Virus record (IMG/VR): IMGVR_UViG_3300009161_000038
Length of the DNA: 64,000 nucleotides
Strand: one strand, 5' to 3'
Source: an uncultured virus (IMG/VR IMGVR_UViG_3300009161_000038)
Lineage: Duplodnaviria > Heunggongvirae > Uroviricota > Caudoviricetes
Positions 24,738 through 35,409 of the stretch are shown here, piece after piece. Position 1 is the stretch's first letter, and every line of letters begins with the position of its first letter. The notes under the pieces were generated by a model. That model searched no databases. It saw only the letters and a program-made list of their open reading frames with translations, and was not told the DNA's origin. Position numbers and translations under genes: made by a program.

Positions 24738-26438
24738 ATGTCGTATAATCTTAGAGTTTTATCAGACAACCCGCTGGCTTTTTGGCCAAGCGGAACAGAT
24801 GATATTTCTGGATTTGACAATCAGGTATCAATATTCGGATCGGTAGATAACACAAATTTACCACTAGTTATTGGTGCAGAAAACTCTTCAAAACTTTCTG
24901 GAACTGCCGCCATTACCTACATAGATATAGATGGAATTGCGACTAAAAATTTTTCCGATGATCAATTTTCTATAGAATGCTGGGTTAGGGTAAATACTAC
25001 CTCTTCTTTAGAAATACCAATTGTAGGAGACTCTTCTAATGATATAGGACTATTTTATAAAAAAGGTAATATAGTATTTTCAATAGGTACAAAGCATATA
25101 GAGTACACTGTTCCTTTCTTAAAAAAATCTATATATATAGTTGCAGTATACAATAAGAATAAAATTATACTGTATATAGATGGAAAGATAGAAGCAGAAA
25201 AAGATCTGTCTGGGTTTTCTTTTTCAAATCAATCTATTACAATGAAGTCAGGACCAGTTAATAATAGTTTAGACTATATGCTCTTAAATTGTGTATCTTT
25301 TTATAGAAATTCTTTGACTAAAGATCAGGTTTTATCTCATTATTTAGAAAATAAATCTTTAAGCCCTACTCAAATAGTTTACCCAGACCAAGGTAATTTT
25401 TTTGAACTTACAGATAAATCAATTTCAACAAAGTATTCTTATTCCTATCCAGCCAATAAATCATGGCAGTATTTTATTAACGATAATAATTTATACTATA
25501 ACTCTCAAAAAGAATTTATCGGTGTTGTAAAGGGAAACGGAGATTCACAGTCTATTGTTATTGAGGATTTTATTACAATCCCAAGCGGACCAGAAATGAA
25601 CTCTTCAAGAATTGAATGGGACGGGGATAATGGAATATCTGTTTCGGTAAGTATAGATGGACAAAACTATCAATCTTGCGTTAATGGCCAACCCGTACCC
25701 CAGTATTCATTAAGCTCTTTTAGTCAAACAAGAAATTTATATATTAGGGTTTATTTTACAACATCAGACGATAGCGTATACCTTCCATCCTTAAAATTTT
25801 TATCCATAAGCTTTTACAATAATCAAAAAATTTATTCAAAAAATTCCTCTAATTATATAGCCAGCCAGCAAGACATCCCTGTAAGCAATAACAAATATGA
25901 AATACTTTCTACAGATAACAGAAACGGCATCAGCTTAAAAAATCTTTCATCGTTTTATATAAATACGACAACCCCAACAAAATCGATAGAGTTTTTTTAT
26001 ACACCGTATTCTATTCAAAATGGAGGGTTGGTTACATCTGTTGCTACAAGCGGGTACAGCGCAAGTAGCCTTACTTGGTCAAGCAATACAATATCTAAAA
26101 GCAATATATCCAAGATATACGTTAATGGGGTAGATAAGACAAGCCAGACTAATATAAATAATTTGTTTTTAAAAGATTCTCTTTACCACGTTGTTATTGT
26201 TTTTGAAAATAGCATATATGGAGAAATTTCTATTAATAAATCTAGCGTTTTGGGAGGGCAAAGCCTATATCAGAATTTGGCTACTTATGAATCAGCCCTG
26301 AGTGCCGAAAAAGTTCAGGATCATTTTAATAAATATGTATCTTCCCAAGGTACAATTATTGAAGATCAGCTAGGTAAAATGTCAGAGCTGTCGGTTGATT
26401 ATTTCAATTCTGACTGGATAGTGGTACAAAATATTTAA
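24738..26438 (+). CDS. Virion structural protein with LamG/ConA-like domain
   Basis: VLSDNPLAFW, FSIECW, LYIDG. Precedes the portal block. Confidence 0.7.
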   Translation: MSYNLRVLSDNPLAFWPSGTDDISGFDNQVSIFGSVDNTNLPLVIGAENSSKLSGTAAITYIDIDGIATKNFSDDQFSIECWVRVNTTSSLEIPIVGDSSNDIGLFYKKGNIVFSIGTKHIEYTVPFLKKSIYIVAVYNKNKIILYIDGKIEAEKDLSGFSFSNQSITMKSGPVNNSLDYMLLNCVSFYRNSLTKDQVLSHYLENKSLSPTQIVYPDQGNFFELTDKSISTKYSYSYPANKSWQYFINDNNLYYNSQKEFIGVVKGNGDSQSIVIEDFITIPSGPEMNSSRIEWDGDNGISVSVSIDGQNYQSCVNGQPVPQYSLSSFSQTRNLYIRVYFTTSDDSVYLPSLKFLSISFYNNQKIYSKNSSNYIASQQDIPVSNNKYEILSTDNRNGISLKNLSSFYINTTTPTKSIEFFYTPYSIQNGGLVTSVATSGYSASSLTWSSNTISKSNISKIYVNGVDKTSQTNINNLFLKDSLYHVVIVFENSIYGEISINKSSVLGGQSLYQNLATYESALSAEKVQDHFNKYVSSQGTIIEDQLGKMSELSVDYFNSDWIVVQNI

Positions 26439-26501
26439 ATATATTTAGAATATGGCAAAGATCTGGACTTTATTTTGAAATAATGGTAAACTTAGGGAAC
26501 A

Positions 26502-26846
26502 ATGGATATAAAAAACTTTAAACAAACGTCTGTAGAAGAAACAACTCTAGGGATATACGTCTGGGAGATGCCTGACGGAAGATGGGTTGGAGACGATGAT
26601 GGCAACTATCTTTCAATTACCTCATTAAAAGGAAATAGATCAAGAATTGATGCTCTTGCAAGAGAAGCCAGATCTTATGGAATTTATGAAGGCAGCCCTT
26701 TATTTTTATCAAATAGAAGGAAGATAGATGACGAAGAATTTGAGCATCAAAAACAAAGATTAGAGTGGGGATTAGTCCCAGATGCTTTAGACGTTGGAAG
26801 CTATAAAGATGAAATGAAAGCGTTAAGACAAGGAAAATCCAAATGA
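26502..26846 (+). CDS. Hypothetical protein upstream of portal
   Basis: 114-aa ORF, ATGA-coupled to the portal; TGGACT-N17-TAAACT promoter upstream. Confidence 0.75.
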   Translation: MDIKNFKQTSVEETTLGIYVWEMPDGRWVGDDDGNYLSITSLKGNRSRIDALAREARSYGIYEGSPLFLSNRRKIDDEEFEHQKQRLEWGLVPDALDVGSYKDEMKALRQGKSK

Positions 26847-28432
26847 TAGAATTTCTAAACGAAGACAATAGTTTTGTTCAAAACATAGATATTTCAGACT
26901 CGTCAGACTTTTCTAGATTTCATAACAAAGCCCCTGTTCTAGACAGCGACCCATTCAATATAACAGAATCAGAATTAAAGAAAGTTCAGGGTTTGGGCAA
27001 TAACTTTCGTAGAAAAATGTCTAGAGAGTTATCAAAAAGATTTGTTGGTCAAGACGGAACAGCCACACAACAGAACCTCATGCAGCAAGCAGTTACTGGT
27101 TACGCAATGTTTGACCTGGTTGAGCCAACATATAACATGGAATATCTTTCTAAAATTTATGAAATTTCACCATACAACTATGCAGCAATTAACGCAAAGG
27201 TTGCCAACATTGTTGGACTTGGGTATACTTTTGTTGAAACAAAAAAAGCAAATGATGCTCTAGATAATATTGAAGATCAAAAGCAATTAGATCGAGCTCG
27301 AAAGAAGTTAAATAAGCTTAGACAAGATTTAGACGCTTGGCTAGAAAAAACCAACGAAGAAGAAACTTTCACAGAAACATTAATAAAAGCCTATATTGAC
27401 CTAGAGGCAACTGGAAATGGATTTATTGAAATAGGAAGAACAGTTGCAGGTAATATTGGATACATAGGACACATACCAGCAAAAACCATGCGTGTTCGTA
27501 GACTAAGGGACGGATTCATTCAGCTTCTTTATGGAAAGGCAGTGTTCTTTAGAAACTTTGCAGATTTAGAAACACCAAATCCTATTGCAGATGGATCAGA
27601 TAGACCAAATGAAATTATTCATTTAAAGAAATACACACCAATGAACAATTATTATGGATTGCCAGATATTGTTTCTGCACAAAACGCAACTGCAGGAAAT
27701 GAATTTGCTGGTAAGTATAATTTAGACTATTTTGAAAACAAAGCCGTACCTAGATATATTATTACCGTTAAGGGAGCCAAGCTCTCTCCAGAGTCAGAGC
27801 GTAAACTTTTAGAATTTTTCCAAGTTGGATTAAAAGGAAAAAATCATAGGTCCTTGTATGTCCCACTTCCAGCAGATAGCCCAGATTCAAAAGTTGAATT
27901 TAAAATGGAGCCAATTGAAGCTGGAACCCAGGAATCATCATTTAACGTGTATCGTAAGTCCAACAGAGACGAAATTCTTTTAGCCCACAGAGTTCCAATA
28001 AATAAAATAGGAGTTCCAGAAGGAATTAGTTTAGCCTCTGCAAGAGACGCAGATAAAATGTTTAAGGAGCAGGTGTGTAGACCAGCACAAGACATTTTAG
28101 AGAAAAAATTAAATAGAATTATATTAGAAAAAACAGATGCGGTAATGCTAAAGTTTAATGAATTAACTTTAACAGACGAAGACACCCAGTCTAAAATTGA
28201 TGAAAGATATTTAAGAATGCAGGTAATTACCCCTAACGAAGTTAGAATTAGGAAGGGAATGATTCCTCGAGATGGCGGGGATCAGGTTGTAGATTTAAAA
28301 GCTCAGGAGAAATCTGAGCAAACCGCACAAGCCCTAAATTCTAGAAAAAGAACTCAGGAAAGATCTGCCAACTCACCAGATAATTCTGGGGAGGGCAGAA
28401 ATGAAAAAGGTGGGGGAAGAGTCACCGAATAA
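26843..28432 (+). CDS. Portal protein
   Basis: DLEATGNGFIE, YYGLPD, FFQ/YFEN.AVP, ILLAHRVP, ITPNEVR. Confidence 0.92.
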   Translation: MIEFLNEDNSFVQNIDISDSSDFSRFHNKAPVLDSDPFNITESELKKVQGLGNNFRRKMSRELSKRFVGQDGTATQQNLMQQAVTGYAMFDLVEPTYNMEYLSKIYEISPYNYAAINAKVANIVGLGYTFVETKKANDALDNIEDQKQLDRARKKLNKLRQDLDAWLEKTNEEETFTETLIKAYIDLEATGNGFIEIGRTVAGNIGYIGHIPAKTMRVRRLRDGFIQLLYGKAVFFRNFADLETPNPIADGSDRPNEIIHLKKYTPMNNYYGLPDIVSAQNATAGNEFAGKYNLDYFENKAVPRYIITVKGAKLSPESERKLLEFFQVGLKGKNHRSLYVPLPADSPDSKVEFKMEPIEAGTQESSFNVYRKSNRDEILLAHRVPINKIGVPEGISLASARDADKMFKEQVCRPAQDILEKKLNRIILEKTDAVMLKFNELTLTDEDTQSKIDERYLRMQVITPNEVRIRKGMIPRDGGDQVVDLKAQEKSEQTAQALNSRKRTQERSANSPDNSGEGRNEKGGGRVTE

Positions 28433-28486
28433 TTATTAGGCAACCAGTATTTGCCTTATATACAATACCGTTATAAAATTAGGCAT

Positions 28487-29797
28487 ATGAATATTGAAAA
28501 ATCTTATTGGTCCAGCAATGGAGATAATATTAGCCTATCGGTCCCTTTTACAAAGGTTGATCGAGAGAAAAGAACCGTCTCTGGTTTTGCTACTTTAGAC
28601 AACGTAGATCAAACAGGAGATGTAGTTACAGCAGAAGCAAGCATGAGAGCTTTTGAAAGATTCCGTGGCAACATTAGAGAGATGCATGGTCCTAACGCTG
28701 TAGGCAAAATGGTTTCTTTTAAACCAGAAACATTTTATGATCCAAAGTCAAATGATTTTTATAGTGGAGTATATGTAGATGCATACATTTCAAAAGGCGC
28801 ACAAGATACATGGGAAAAAATTCTAGACGGAACACTTGCAGGATTTTCAATTGGTGGAAAGATTAAAGAGTCTGACAATCAAGTAAACAAAGCAACTGGG
28901 CAAACAGTTAGATTTATTAAAGAGTATGCTTTAATGGAGCTGTCAGTAGTAGATTCTCCAGCAAATGAATTGTGCAATATTCTATCTATTGAAAAAATGA
29001 ATGGACAATTAATTTTTAAAGGAATTTCTACAAACTTAAAAACAGAAAATATTTTTTATTGTGAAGACAGCGACTCTGTATTTATGTCAACAGACGCTGA
29101 ATTCAATTCCCCAGTAACTGGCAAGCAAGCAAGTCTAATTGGCTGGGTAGAAACTGATGATATAAACAAAGCAAAAGAAATAGAAAAGATTCTTGCTTCA
29201 TTTAAGAAGTCAAGATTAACGTTGCCTGAAACACAAACAATCGCAAAACAGGCAAACGCACAAGGAGGTAATGAAGTGTCAGAAAACACAGAAACCGCAG
29301 TGGTTGAAGAAACCGCAGCAGTAGAAGTAGAAGTTGTTGCAGAAGCAACAATTGAAAAAGCTATTACAGAAGACGTATTAGTAGATGCTTCTGCCGAAAT
29401 CGTTGAAAAAGCAACAGACATCTCTGATGAGATTGTTGTTGAAAAACCTGATTTTGCAAAAATGTTAGGTGATTTAAAAGGCTTTTTCTCAGAAACTCTA
29501 AACAAAGCTTCAGAAGAAAACGCAGCACAAGTTACAACTATTAAAAATGCAGTTGAAATTTTAAGCAAAAGCGTAGAAAGCAAAATTACAGAGTTGGCAG
29601 AACAACACTCAGAGCTCAGCAAAACTGTTGAGAACATCAGAAACACGATTGATGGAGTAGAAAAGCGTGTCGATGCAGTAGAATCAGAGACTGCAATTAA
29701 GAAGTCCTCAGACCTTGGCGGGTCTAGGGAAGTAAAAGTCCAAAAATCAAAATGGAACGGTTCTTTCCTCGGTTCCGTAAACGAACTAATAAAGTAA
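28487..29797 (+). CDS. Prohead protease fused to acidic scaffold-like region
   Basis: VSGFA..DNVDQTGD, REMH, GFSIGG, ELSVVDSPAN; coiled-coil C-terminus. ATG 28487 chosen. Confidence 0.88.
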   Translation: MNIEKSYWSSNGDNISLSVPFTKVDREKRTVSGFATLDNVDQTGDVVTAEASMRAFERFRGNIREMHGPNAVGKMVSFKPETFYDPKSNDFYSGVYVDAYISKGAQDTWEKILDGTLAGFSIGGKIKESDNQVNKATGQTVRFIKEYALMELSVVDSPANELCNILSIEKMNGQLIFKGISTNLKTENIFYCEDSDSVFMSTDAEFNSPVTGKQASLIGWVETDDINKAKEIEKILASFKKSRLTLPETQTIAKQANAQGGNEVSENTETAVVEETAAVEVEVVAEATIEKAITEDVLVDASAEIVEKATDISDEIVVEKPDFAKMLGDLKGFFSETLNKASEENAAQVTTIKNAVEILSKSVESKITELAEQHSELSKTVENIRNTIDGVEKRVDAVESETAIKKSSDLGGSREVKVQKSKWNGSFLGSVNELIK

Positions 29798-29818
29798 GAA
29801 ATAAGGAGAAATAAAATA

Positions 29819-30865
29819 ATGAGCAATGAAACATTAGAAAAGACAATCGCAGCTGGTACAACAGCAACAAGTACTTTTGCGTCCACTACTGGTGGTACAG
29901 GTACACACGCTGGTTCCGAAAACGGAAACGGTGGTTTACTTAACCCAGAACAGTCAGCTCGCTTCTTAGACTATATGTTCGATGCAACCGTAATTGGAAA
30001 AGTCGCACGTACCGTTCGAATGAGAGCAGACACTGCAGAAATTGACCGCATGTCAGTAGGCGAAAAGCTTATGAAACTTGCAACAGAAGGAGATGACACT
30101 GCTTCAAACGCAGCAGTTACTTTCTCAAAGATTTCTTTGACAACAAAGAAATTGCGCCTAGACTGGGAGCTTTCAACTGAGTCTCTAGAAGACAACATTG
30201 AGGGTGCAGATCTAGAAGATCACATTGCACGATTGATGGCAACACAAGCAGGAAACGACATTGAGGATGTAATCCTTAATGGTGTTGGCAGCGGATCAGA
30301 TGCACTGTACAAGGCATTCCAAGGAGTTGTAGCTAAATCTAAGGCCAATGGCCGAGTTGTAGCTGGAGCTGGAGCTGGAGTTTCTCGTGAGCTATTTAAC
30401 AAGGCATTAAAAGCAATGCCACGTAAATACATGCAACGTCGTGGAGACCTTCGCTTCTTAGCAGGATCAAACCTAATTCAGGATTTCCTATATGCTAACA
30501 GCATTGGCACAAACCAGACAATCCCACAAGATATCGCATCAAGCGTTATCCGTGGAGCAACACCAGGACTTGGTGGAGCAGCAGGATATGTAGCACCTTT
30601 CGCATTTGGTATTCCAATTGTTGAAGTACCACTTCTTCCTGAGACACAAACAGGTACATATGCAAGCCCATCAGGTTCACACGGAGATATCCACTTGACA
30701 TTCCCAAATAACGTAGTTATTGGTATCAAGCGTGATGTAACTGTTTACCGATTCTTCTGGCCTCGTAAGGACTCCATTGAGTACACAATGTATACTCGAG
30801 TTGGCGTTCAAATCGAACAACCAGATGCTTGGGTAGTTGTAAAAGATGTTAAGGTTGCTTCTTAA
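29819..30865 (+). CDS. Major capsid protein (HK97 fold)
   Basis: GGLLNPEQ, ESLEDNIEG, GNDIED; position after the protease. Confidence 0.92.
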   Translation: MSNETLEKTIAAGTTATSTFASTTGGTGTHAGSENGNGGLLNPEQSARFLDYMFDATVIGKVARTVRMRADTAEIDRMSVGEKLMKLATEGDDTASNAAVTFSKISLTTKKLRLDWELSTESLEDNIEGADLEDHIARLMATQAGNDIEDVILNGVGSGSDALYKAFQGVVAKSKANGRVVAGAGAGVSRELFNKALKAMPRKYMQRRGDLRFLAGSNLIQDFLYANSIGTNQTIPQDIASSVIRGATPGLGGAAGYVAPFAFGIPIVEVPLLPETQTGTYASPSGSHGDIHLTFPNNVVIGIKRDVTVYRFFWPRKDSIEYTMYTRVGVQIEQPDAWVVVKDVKVAS

Positions 30866-30891
30866 TTAAGAAATAATCTATTTATCTAAAG

Positions 30892-30926
30892 AAAAGCCTC
30901 CAATTTAATTTGGGGGCTTTTCATTT
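30892..30926 (+). terminator. Intrinsic terminator after capsid gene
   Basis: AAAAGCCTCCA / TGGGGGCTTTT stem followed by T-rich tract. Confidence 0.8.
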
Positions 30927-30973
30927 GAATTTACTAGTGATATAATTAAACGACCTAACCAAAAGGAGAACAT

Positions 30974-31369
30974 ATGTCATTCGAGACATTGAAATTATCT
31001 GAATTAAAGAAGGCAGCCGAAGACTTCGGCGTAGACGCAAGTGATTTAAAAGGAAAAGCCGACATTATTGCGGCGCTAACAGAAGACGGGGTAACCTGGG
31101 AAGTGTATAGTAAAGCAATTAAAGATGTTGAAGAAGCTAAAGAAGAAATTGAAGTATTACCAAGATTTGATTTAAATCAGGAAGTAGATCCAAATTCTTT
31201 GTTAGTTAAGATGGAAAGAGACAATTACAGATACGATGCTTTAGGATTTACTTTTACAAAAGAACATCCATTTGTTGCAATGTCTGCAGAAGCTGCTCAA
31301 GAAATTTTTGATAAGGAGGAAGGTTTTAGATTAGCTACCCCAAGGGAAGTTCAAGACTTCTACAGTTAA
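30974..31369 (+). CDS. Protein with Rho-N/HeH-like N-terminus
   Basis: LKLSELKKAAEDFGV...KADIIAAL. Confidence 0.6.
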   Translation: MSFETLKLSELKKAAEDFGVDASDLKGKADIIAALTEDGVTWEVYSKAIKDVEEAKEEIEVLPRFDLNQEVDPNSLLVKMERDNYRYDALGFTFTKEHPFVAMSAEAAQEIFDKEEGFRLATPREVQDFYS

Positions 31370-31383
31370 TTTAACCTTTTAAA

Positions 31384-32370
31384 ATGGCAGAGATTTATGT
31401 AAATAGCAGGACTCCAATAAAAAGCAAAATATATTGGGAGTCTGAACTTGTCAGCCCAGACACAGTTACAGTAAAAGTTTACGATGTTACAAAAGATCCT
31501 TCTATAGTCCCTGCCATTTCCCCAACTACAATCTTAACAACACTTACGGCCACTAGCGTAGAAACAGATTCTGGATCGTATCAAGTTATATTGCCTTTTA
31601 ACTATACGGAAAGAAATAGAAGTTTCAAGCTAGTTTGGTCGTATTCAATTTCTGGAACAGAGGGATACCATGCATCATATGTTGATGTAGTCACTCCTTA
31701 CATAAACATTAATGAGCATTTGCAAGATCTAAATTTTGGATCAGACCCTAGCGATCCAAATTATAAAAATTATCAAGAGATTCAATCTGCAGAGAGATAT
31801 GCTAGAAAAATTATAGAAGGACATACACGTCAAGAGTTTTACTTATACCAAGACGTAGAAGTAGTATACGGATCAGACTCAGACGTATTAGTATTACCTT
31901 ATAAAATAAATAAACTAAATAAACTGTATTCTAACGATATCCTTTTAATTGACAATCAATCTGTCCCTGCTGTCAACAACTGGATATTTAATCCAATTAT
32001 TTCAGAAACTGGTTTTGGAATTAGAATCAATAAAACTAATTCAATAGACAATGCAGTTTATACTGCAAATGGATTTGTGCCACCTAGCGTTAATGATAGC
32101 GACGGTTTTTTGTTTGGAAAAAATATTAGATACACAATTCATGGTCAATTTGGATGGGACAGGATTCCAACAGAAGTTAGCCAAGCTTGTATTGAGTTAA
32201 TGAAAGATTACTTTTCTAAAGATTCTATCTGGAGAAACAAATACGCAAAAAATGTTCAAGCATTTGATTGGAAATTTGAATATAGCTCTAGCGCATATGC
32301 TGGAACTGGAAATGCCTACGCAGACCAGTTACTAAGCTCATATGTTTTAAGTAATATGGTAGTAATTTAA
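31384..32370 (+). CDS. Head-to-tail adaptor
   Basis: ARKIIEGHT, FGWDRIPTEVSQAC, TGNAYADQLL; position. Confidence 0.7.
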   Translation: MAEIYVNSRTPIKSKIYWESELVSPDTVTVKVYDVTKDPSIVPAISPTTILTTLTATSVETDSGSYQVILPFNYTERNRSFKLVWSYSISGTEGYHASYVDVVTPYININEHLQDLNFGSDPSDPNYKNYQEIQSAERYARKIIEGHTRQEFYLYQDVEVVYGSDSDVLVLPYKINKLNKLYSNDILLIDNQSVPAVNNWIFNPIISETGFGIRINKTNSIDNAVYTANGFVPPSVNDSDGFLFGKNIRYTIHGQFGWDRIPTEVSQACIELMKDYFSKDSIWRNKYAKNVQAFDWKFEYSSSAYAGTGNAYADQLLSSYVLSNMVVI

Positions 32371-32798
32371 TGATAGATTTAATACAGTCCATGTTGCCTA
32401 TGAACTTGGATATCTATAGACAAACAGATATTCAAGATGATAATACTGGTGCTATAAAAAAAGAATGGTCTTATTACTCAACAATTCCATGCTATGCAAA
32501 AAGCATTATAAGTAATTCTTCAACTTCTAGATCTGGAGACGCCCAATCTTTTTCTAACAAATACAAAAACGAGCAAATTATTCAAGTTCGTACCGAAAGT
32601 AAAATATCTTTAAGGCACAAGGTTTCAAACATTAAAGACAGGGACGGAAAATCAATTTGGACAGAGCAAGACTATCCATCAGAGACACCCACAGTATTTG
32701 AAGTTATTGGAAGTAGTCCTATAACAGATCCATTTGGTAGAGTAATTGGTTATAATTCTTCTCTAAAGAGATCGGAGAATCAACAAATTGGAATCTAA
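32370..32798 (+). CDS. Head-to-tail stopper (putative)
   Basis: Position and size in the neck module. Confidence 0.55.
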   Translation: MIDLIQSMLPMNLDIYRQTDIQDDNTGAIKKEWSYYSTIPCYAKSIISNSSTSRSGDAQSFSNKYKNEQIIQVRTESKISLRHKVSNIKDRDGKSIWTEQDYPSETPTVFEVIGSSPITDPFGRVIGYNSSLKRSENQQIGI

Positions 32799-33576
32799 CG
32801 TAATGCTGCTTCAAGCAGCTTCTGGTCTTGAAAGATTAATGTATAACAAAAGCCCAAAGGGAATTATTCAAGACAGCAATATTGCACAAATTTCTGCTGC
32901 CTTATATTATCAAGCAAATGTAGTTGCCAAATTAAGCAATAGCAAAAAGTTTAAAAGTACTTTTAAAAAAGTAGTGTTTAATCAAATAGAAAAAGATTTT
33001 GGGCAATACATAGATTCACAAGCAAGATCAAAGCCAAAAGCATTTCACCATGTATATGAATGGGGTAAGACTGGAAGTGCAAATGATAGATTGTTTAGTC
33101 TAACATCTTTAGATTCTGCAGGAATATCTTTTAAAGTTAATTTTAAATTTGAACCATCAAAAACATTTGTCCCTGGACCAGAAAAACAAAGGAAACACGT
33201 ATTTCAAAACAAAGCGTCTGTGATGGAGTCAGGAATGGCTCTTAAAATTGCTCCACGCCATTCTGAGAGGTTAGTATTTGAATCCAATGGTGAGACAGTC
33301 TTTATGCCCAAAGGGGCTTCAGTGACCGTTAAAAGGCCAGGAGGACCTAGTGTTAAAAATCAATTTACTTTACAATATTCAAGATTTTTTAGCGGGAACC
33401 TTGTAAGTTCATCTATTAAAAAATCTGGATTTAAAGATATATTTAATTCAGCTTCAATGAAAGCATTAAAAATACCAGCAACAATTAAAACAGTTCAATA
33501 TTCATTTTCTCCAAATTCAATTAGAAGCATGGCGGACTCAGCAGTAGAGATGTCATTTGGAGGCTCATTAATATGA
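32788..33576 (+). CDS. Neck/tail completion protein (putative)
   Basis: Position; HHVYEW motif. Confidence 0.5.
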   Translation: MESNVMLLQAASGLERLMYNKSPKGIIQDSNIAQISAALYYQANVVAKLSNSKKFKSTFKKVVFNQIEKDFGQYIDSQARSKPKAFHHVYEWGKTGSANDRLFSLTSLDSAGISFKVNFKFEPSKTFVPGPEKQRKHVFQNKASVMESGMALKIAPRHSERLVFESNGETVFMPKGASVTVKRPGGPSVKNQFTLQYSRFFSGNLVSSSIKKSGFKDIFNSASMKALKIPATIKTVQYSFSPNSIRSMADSAVEMSFGGSLI

Positions 33577-34085
33577 CAGCAAATTATAAACTAGATGCAA
33601 TTCTAGAAATAAGAAAATTTTTATGGTCTAAATTGGTGGCAGCTGAAATATTTGATGAGAACGAATATTTTAGCGATAGTATAAACGACAAAATAGTTCC
33701 CATTATTCCTGTCCAACAGGTATCTGAAATGGATCAATTTTTGAGTGGAAAAAAACATATAGTTTATGACAAAATTGGAACCTCATATGAGGAAAATTGG
33801 ATGGTCTGCTGTGAGCAGGTACTCTTTACTATATACTCCCCAGATGTTTCAGAAATCAATGAGATTAGGAATTTTATGATTGATGAGTTTAGAAGGGTAG
33901 ACGAGTCCGCAAGAGACGTAAATAGGTTTGCAAGCCTATCTAATAAATTCAAATTTTTTAGCATTTTTGTAGCCGATATATCCCCAACAGAGCCATCAGA
34001 GGAAATGCAGGGTCTAATGTCTTCAGATGTCATTTTGGAAGTAAAGTATGCCAGAATGGTAGATAGGGTAGGAAGATTTCTATAA
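33573..34085 (+). CDS. Tail terminator (putative)
   Basis: Position immediately before the tail tube gene. Confidence 0.55.
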   Translation: MTANYKLDAILEIRKFLWSKLVAAEIFDENEYFSDSINDKIVPIIPVQQVSEMDQFLSGKKHIVYDKIGTSYEENWMVCCEQVLFTIYSPDVSEINEIRNFMIDEFRRVDESARDVNRFASLSNKFKFFSIFVADISPTEPSEEMQGLMSSDVILEVKYARMVDRVGRFL

Positions 34086-34191
34086 GTTGCTTTTGGTTGA
34101 CTTGTTCCGTATAATTGCCTTAGAGGAAAGAAGCCTAGCCAGCTTGATTAAAAGATTTTAATATGTATATATATATAGGAGGAATAAATTA

Positions 34192-34965
34192 ATGGCACAA
34201 AATACAGGTAACGCTAGAAATATTCTTGTTGGTGCATCTCCACTGTTTTTATCAGTAGAAGATTCAACAACAACAGGATATAATTCTAGCATGGTCCCAG
34301 CAGCAGTTGCGACCTCAAACACAGCAACACCAACAGCAGCAGTAGCAGGAACTGCTTCACGTAATACATTAGTACCAGCATTTAAAAACGGTGCTGCAGG
34401 TTCTGGATCCCCAGTAACTGGTTACGTTGCAGGTTCATCATACATTGATTCACTTAACGCAATCGATACTACACCAGGAACAACTGGTGCAGCATACCGT
34501 AACGTAGGTTACACAAACAACGGTTTGCAAATTACTTACAACCCAACATACGACTCAGTGACTGTAGATCAGTTACTTGATACAGCTAAGCTGTTTAAGT
34601 CTGCTATGGAGGTTATGATTGCAACAGAATTCGCAGAAGGTACTCTTGAAAACGTTCTTGCGGTATTTGGACAAAAGGCTTCAACACTAAGTGGTGGAGT
34701 TCTTGGACTTGAGGCAGGTGCCCTTGGCGCAGCCCCAGTTGAGCGTCAGCTAATTGCAGTTGGACAAGCTCCAACAAGCGATGCAACATCAAAAACAGAG
34801 CGTGTATATTATGCTCGTCGTGTTCTTTCTGTACAACAGTCACAGTTCTCTTTGGCTCGTAACGCAGCATCAACATTCCCAGTAACATTCCGTTTGCTTC
34901 CATCAGGAGCATCAGGTGATGCAGGTTCAGAGTATGGCGTAATTATAGACCGTACTTGGAACTAA
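34192..34965 (+). CDS. Major tail tube protein
   Basis: NILVGA, VGYTNNGLQITYNP..VTVDQ, FPVTFRLLP; AGGAGG RBS; terminator follows. Confidence 0.85.
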   Translation: MAQNTGNARNILVGASPLFLSVEDSTTTGYNSSMVPAAVATSNTATPTAAVAGTASRNTLVPAFKNGAAGSGSPVTGYVAGSSYIDSLNAIDTTPGTTGAAYRNVGYTNNGLQITYNPTYDSVTVDQLLDTAKLFKSAMEVMIATEFAEGTLENVLAVFGQKASTLSGGVLGLEAGALGAAPVERQLIAVGQAPTSDATSKTERVYYARRVLSVQQSQFSLARNAASTFPVTFRLLPSGASGDAGSEYGVIIDRTWN

Positions 34966-34986
34966 TTAATATAAATTAATTAATAG

Positions 34987-35015
34987 AAGCCCCCCATTAT
35001 TTGGGGGGCTTTTTA
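34987..35015 (+). terminator. Intrinsic terminator after tail tube gene
   Basis: AAGCCCCCCA / TGGGGGGCTT stem followed by T-tract. Confidence 0.85.
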
Positions 35016-35070
35016 TTGCCCTTATGTTTGCTATATGTTATAATAATTTTAACTATCCAAGGAGGATAAA

Positions 35071-35409
35071 TTGGCAACAACAGTATATGATGTAGAAGAA
35101 ATTGAACTTCAAAATGGAGCAAAGGTCAAGTTAAAACCATTGACAATTAAAGCATTGCGAAAATTCATGGCAGAAATTAAAAAGACAGAAACTGCAGCAA
35201 ATGAAGATGAAACACTTTCAATTTTAATTGCAGCAAGTGGAATTGCAATTGAGTCACAAGTACCAGAATTAGTAGCAGACAGAGATAAATTAGAAGACGC
35301 ACTAGACATGCCGACAATTAATCGAATTCTTGAAGTTTGCGGAGGAATTAAACTTGACGACCCAAACCTGGAAGCGGCACGAGCTCTAGTTGGTCAGAAC
35401 TCGATTTAG
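35071..35409 (+). CDS. Tail assembly chaperone (gpG-like)
   Basis: Between tail tube and tape measure; TTG start with AGGAGG. Confidence 0.8.
   Translation: MATTVYDVEEIELQNGAKVKLKPLTIKALRKFMAEIKKTETAANEDETLSILIAASGIAIESQVPELVADRDKLEDALDMPTINRILEVCGGIKLDDPNLEAARALVGQNSI

Noticed and set aside
24738..26846. Terminase expected before the portal
   Set aside because: Neither gene has ATPase or nuclease motifs; the terminase presumably lies outside the window.
29056..29886. 276-aa antisense ORF
   Set aside because: Shadow of the protease/scaffold gene; Ser/Phe-rich composition mirrors Glu/Lys codons.
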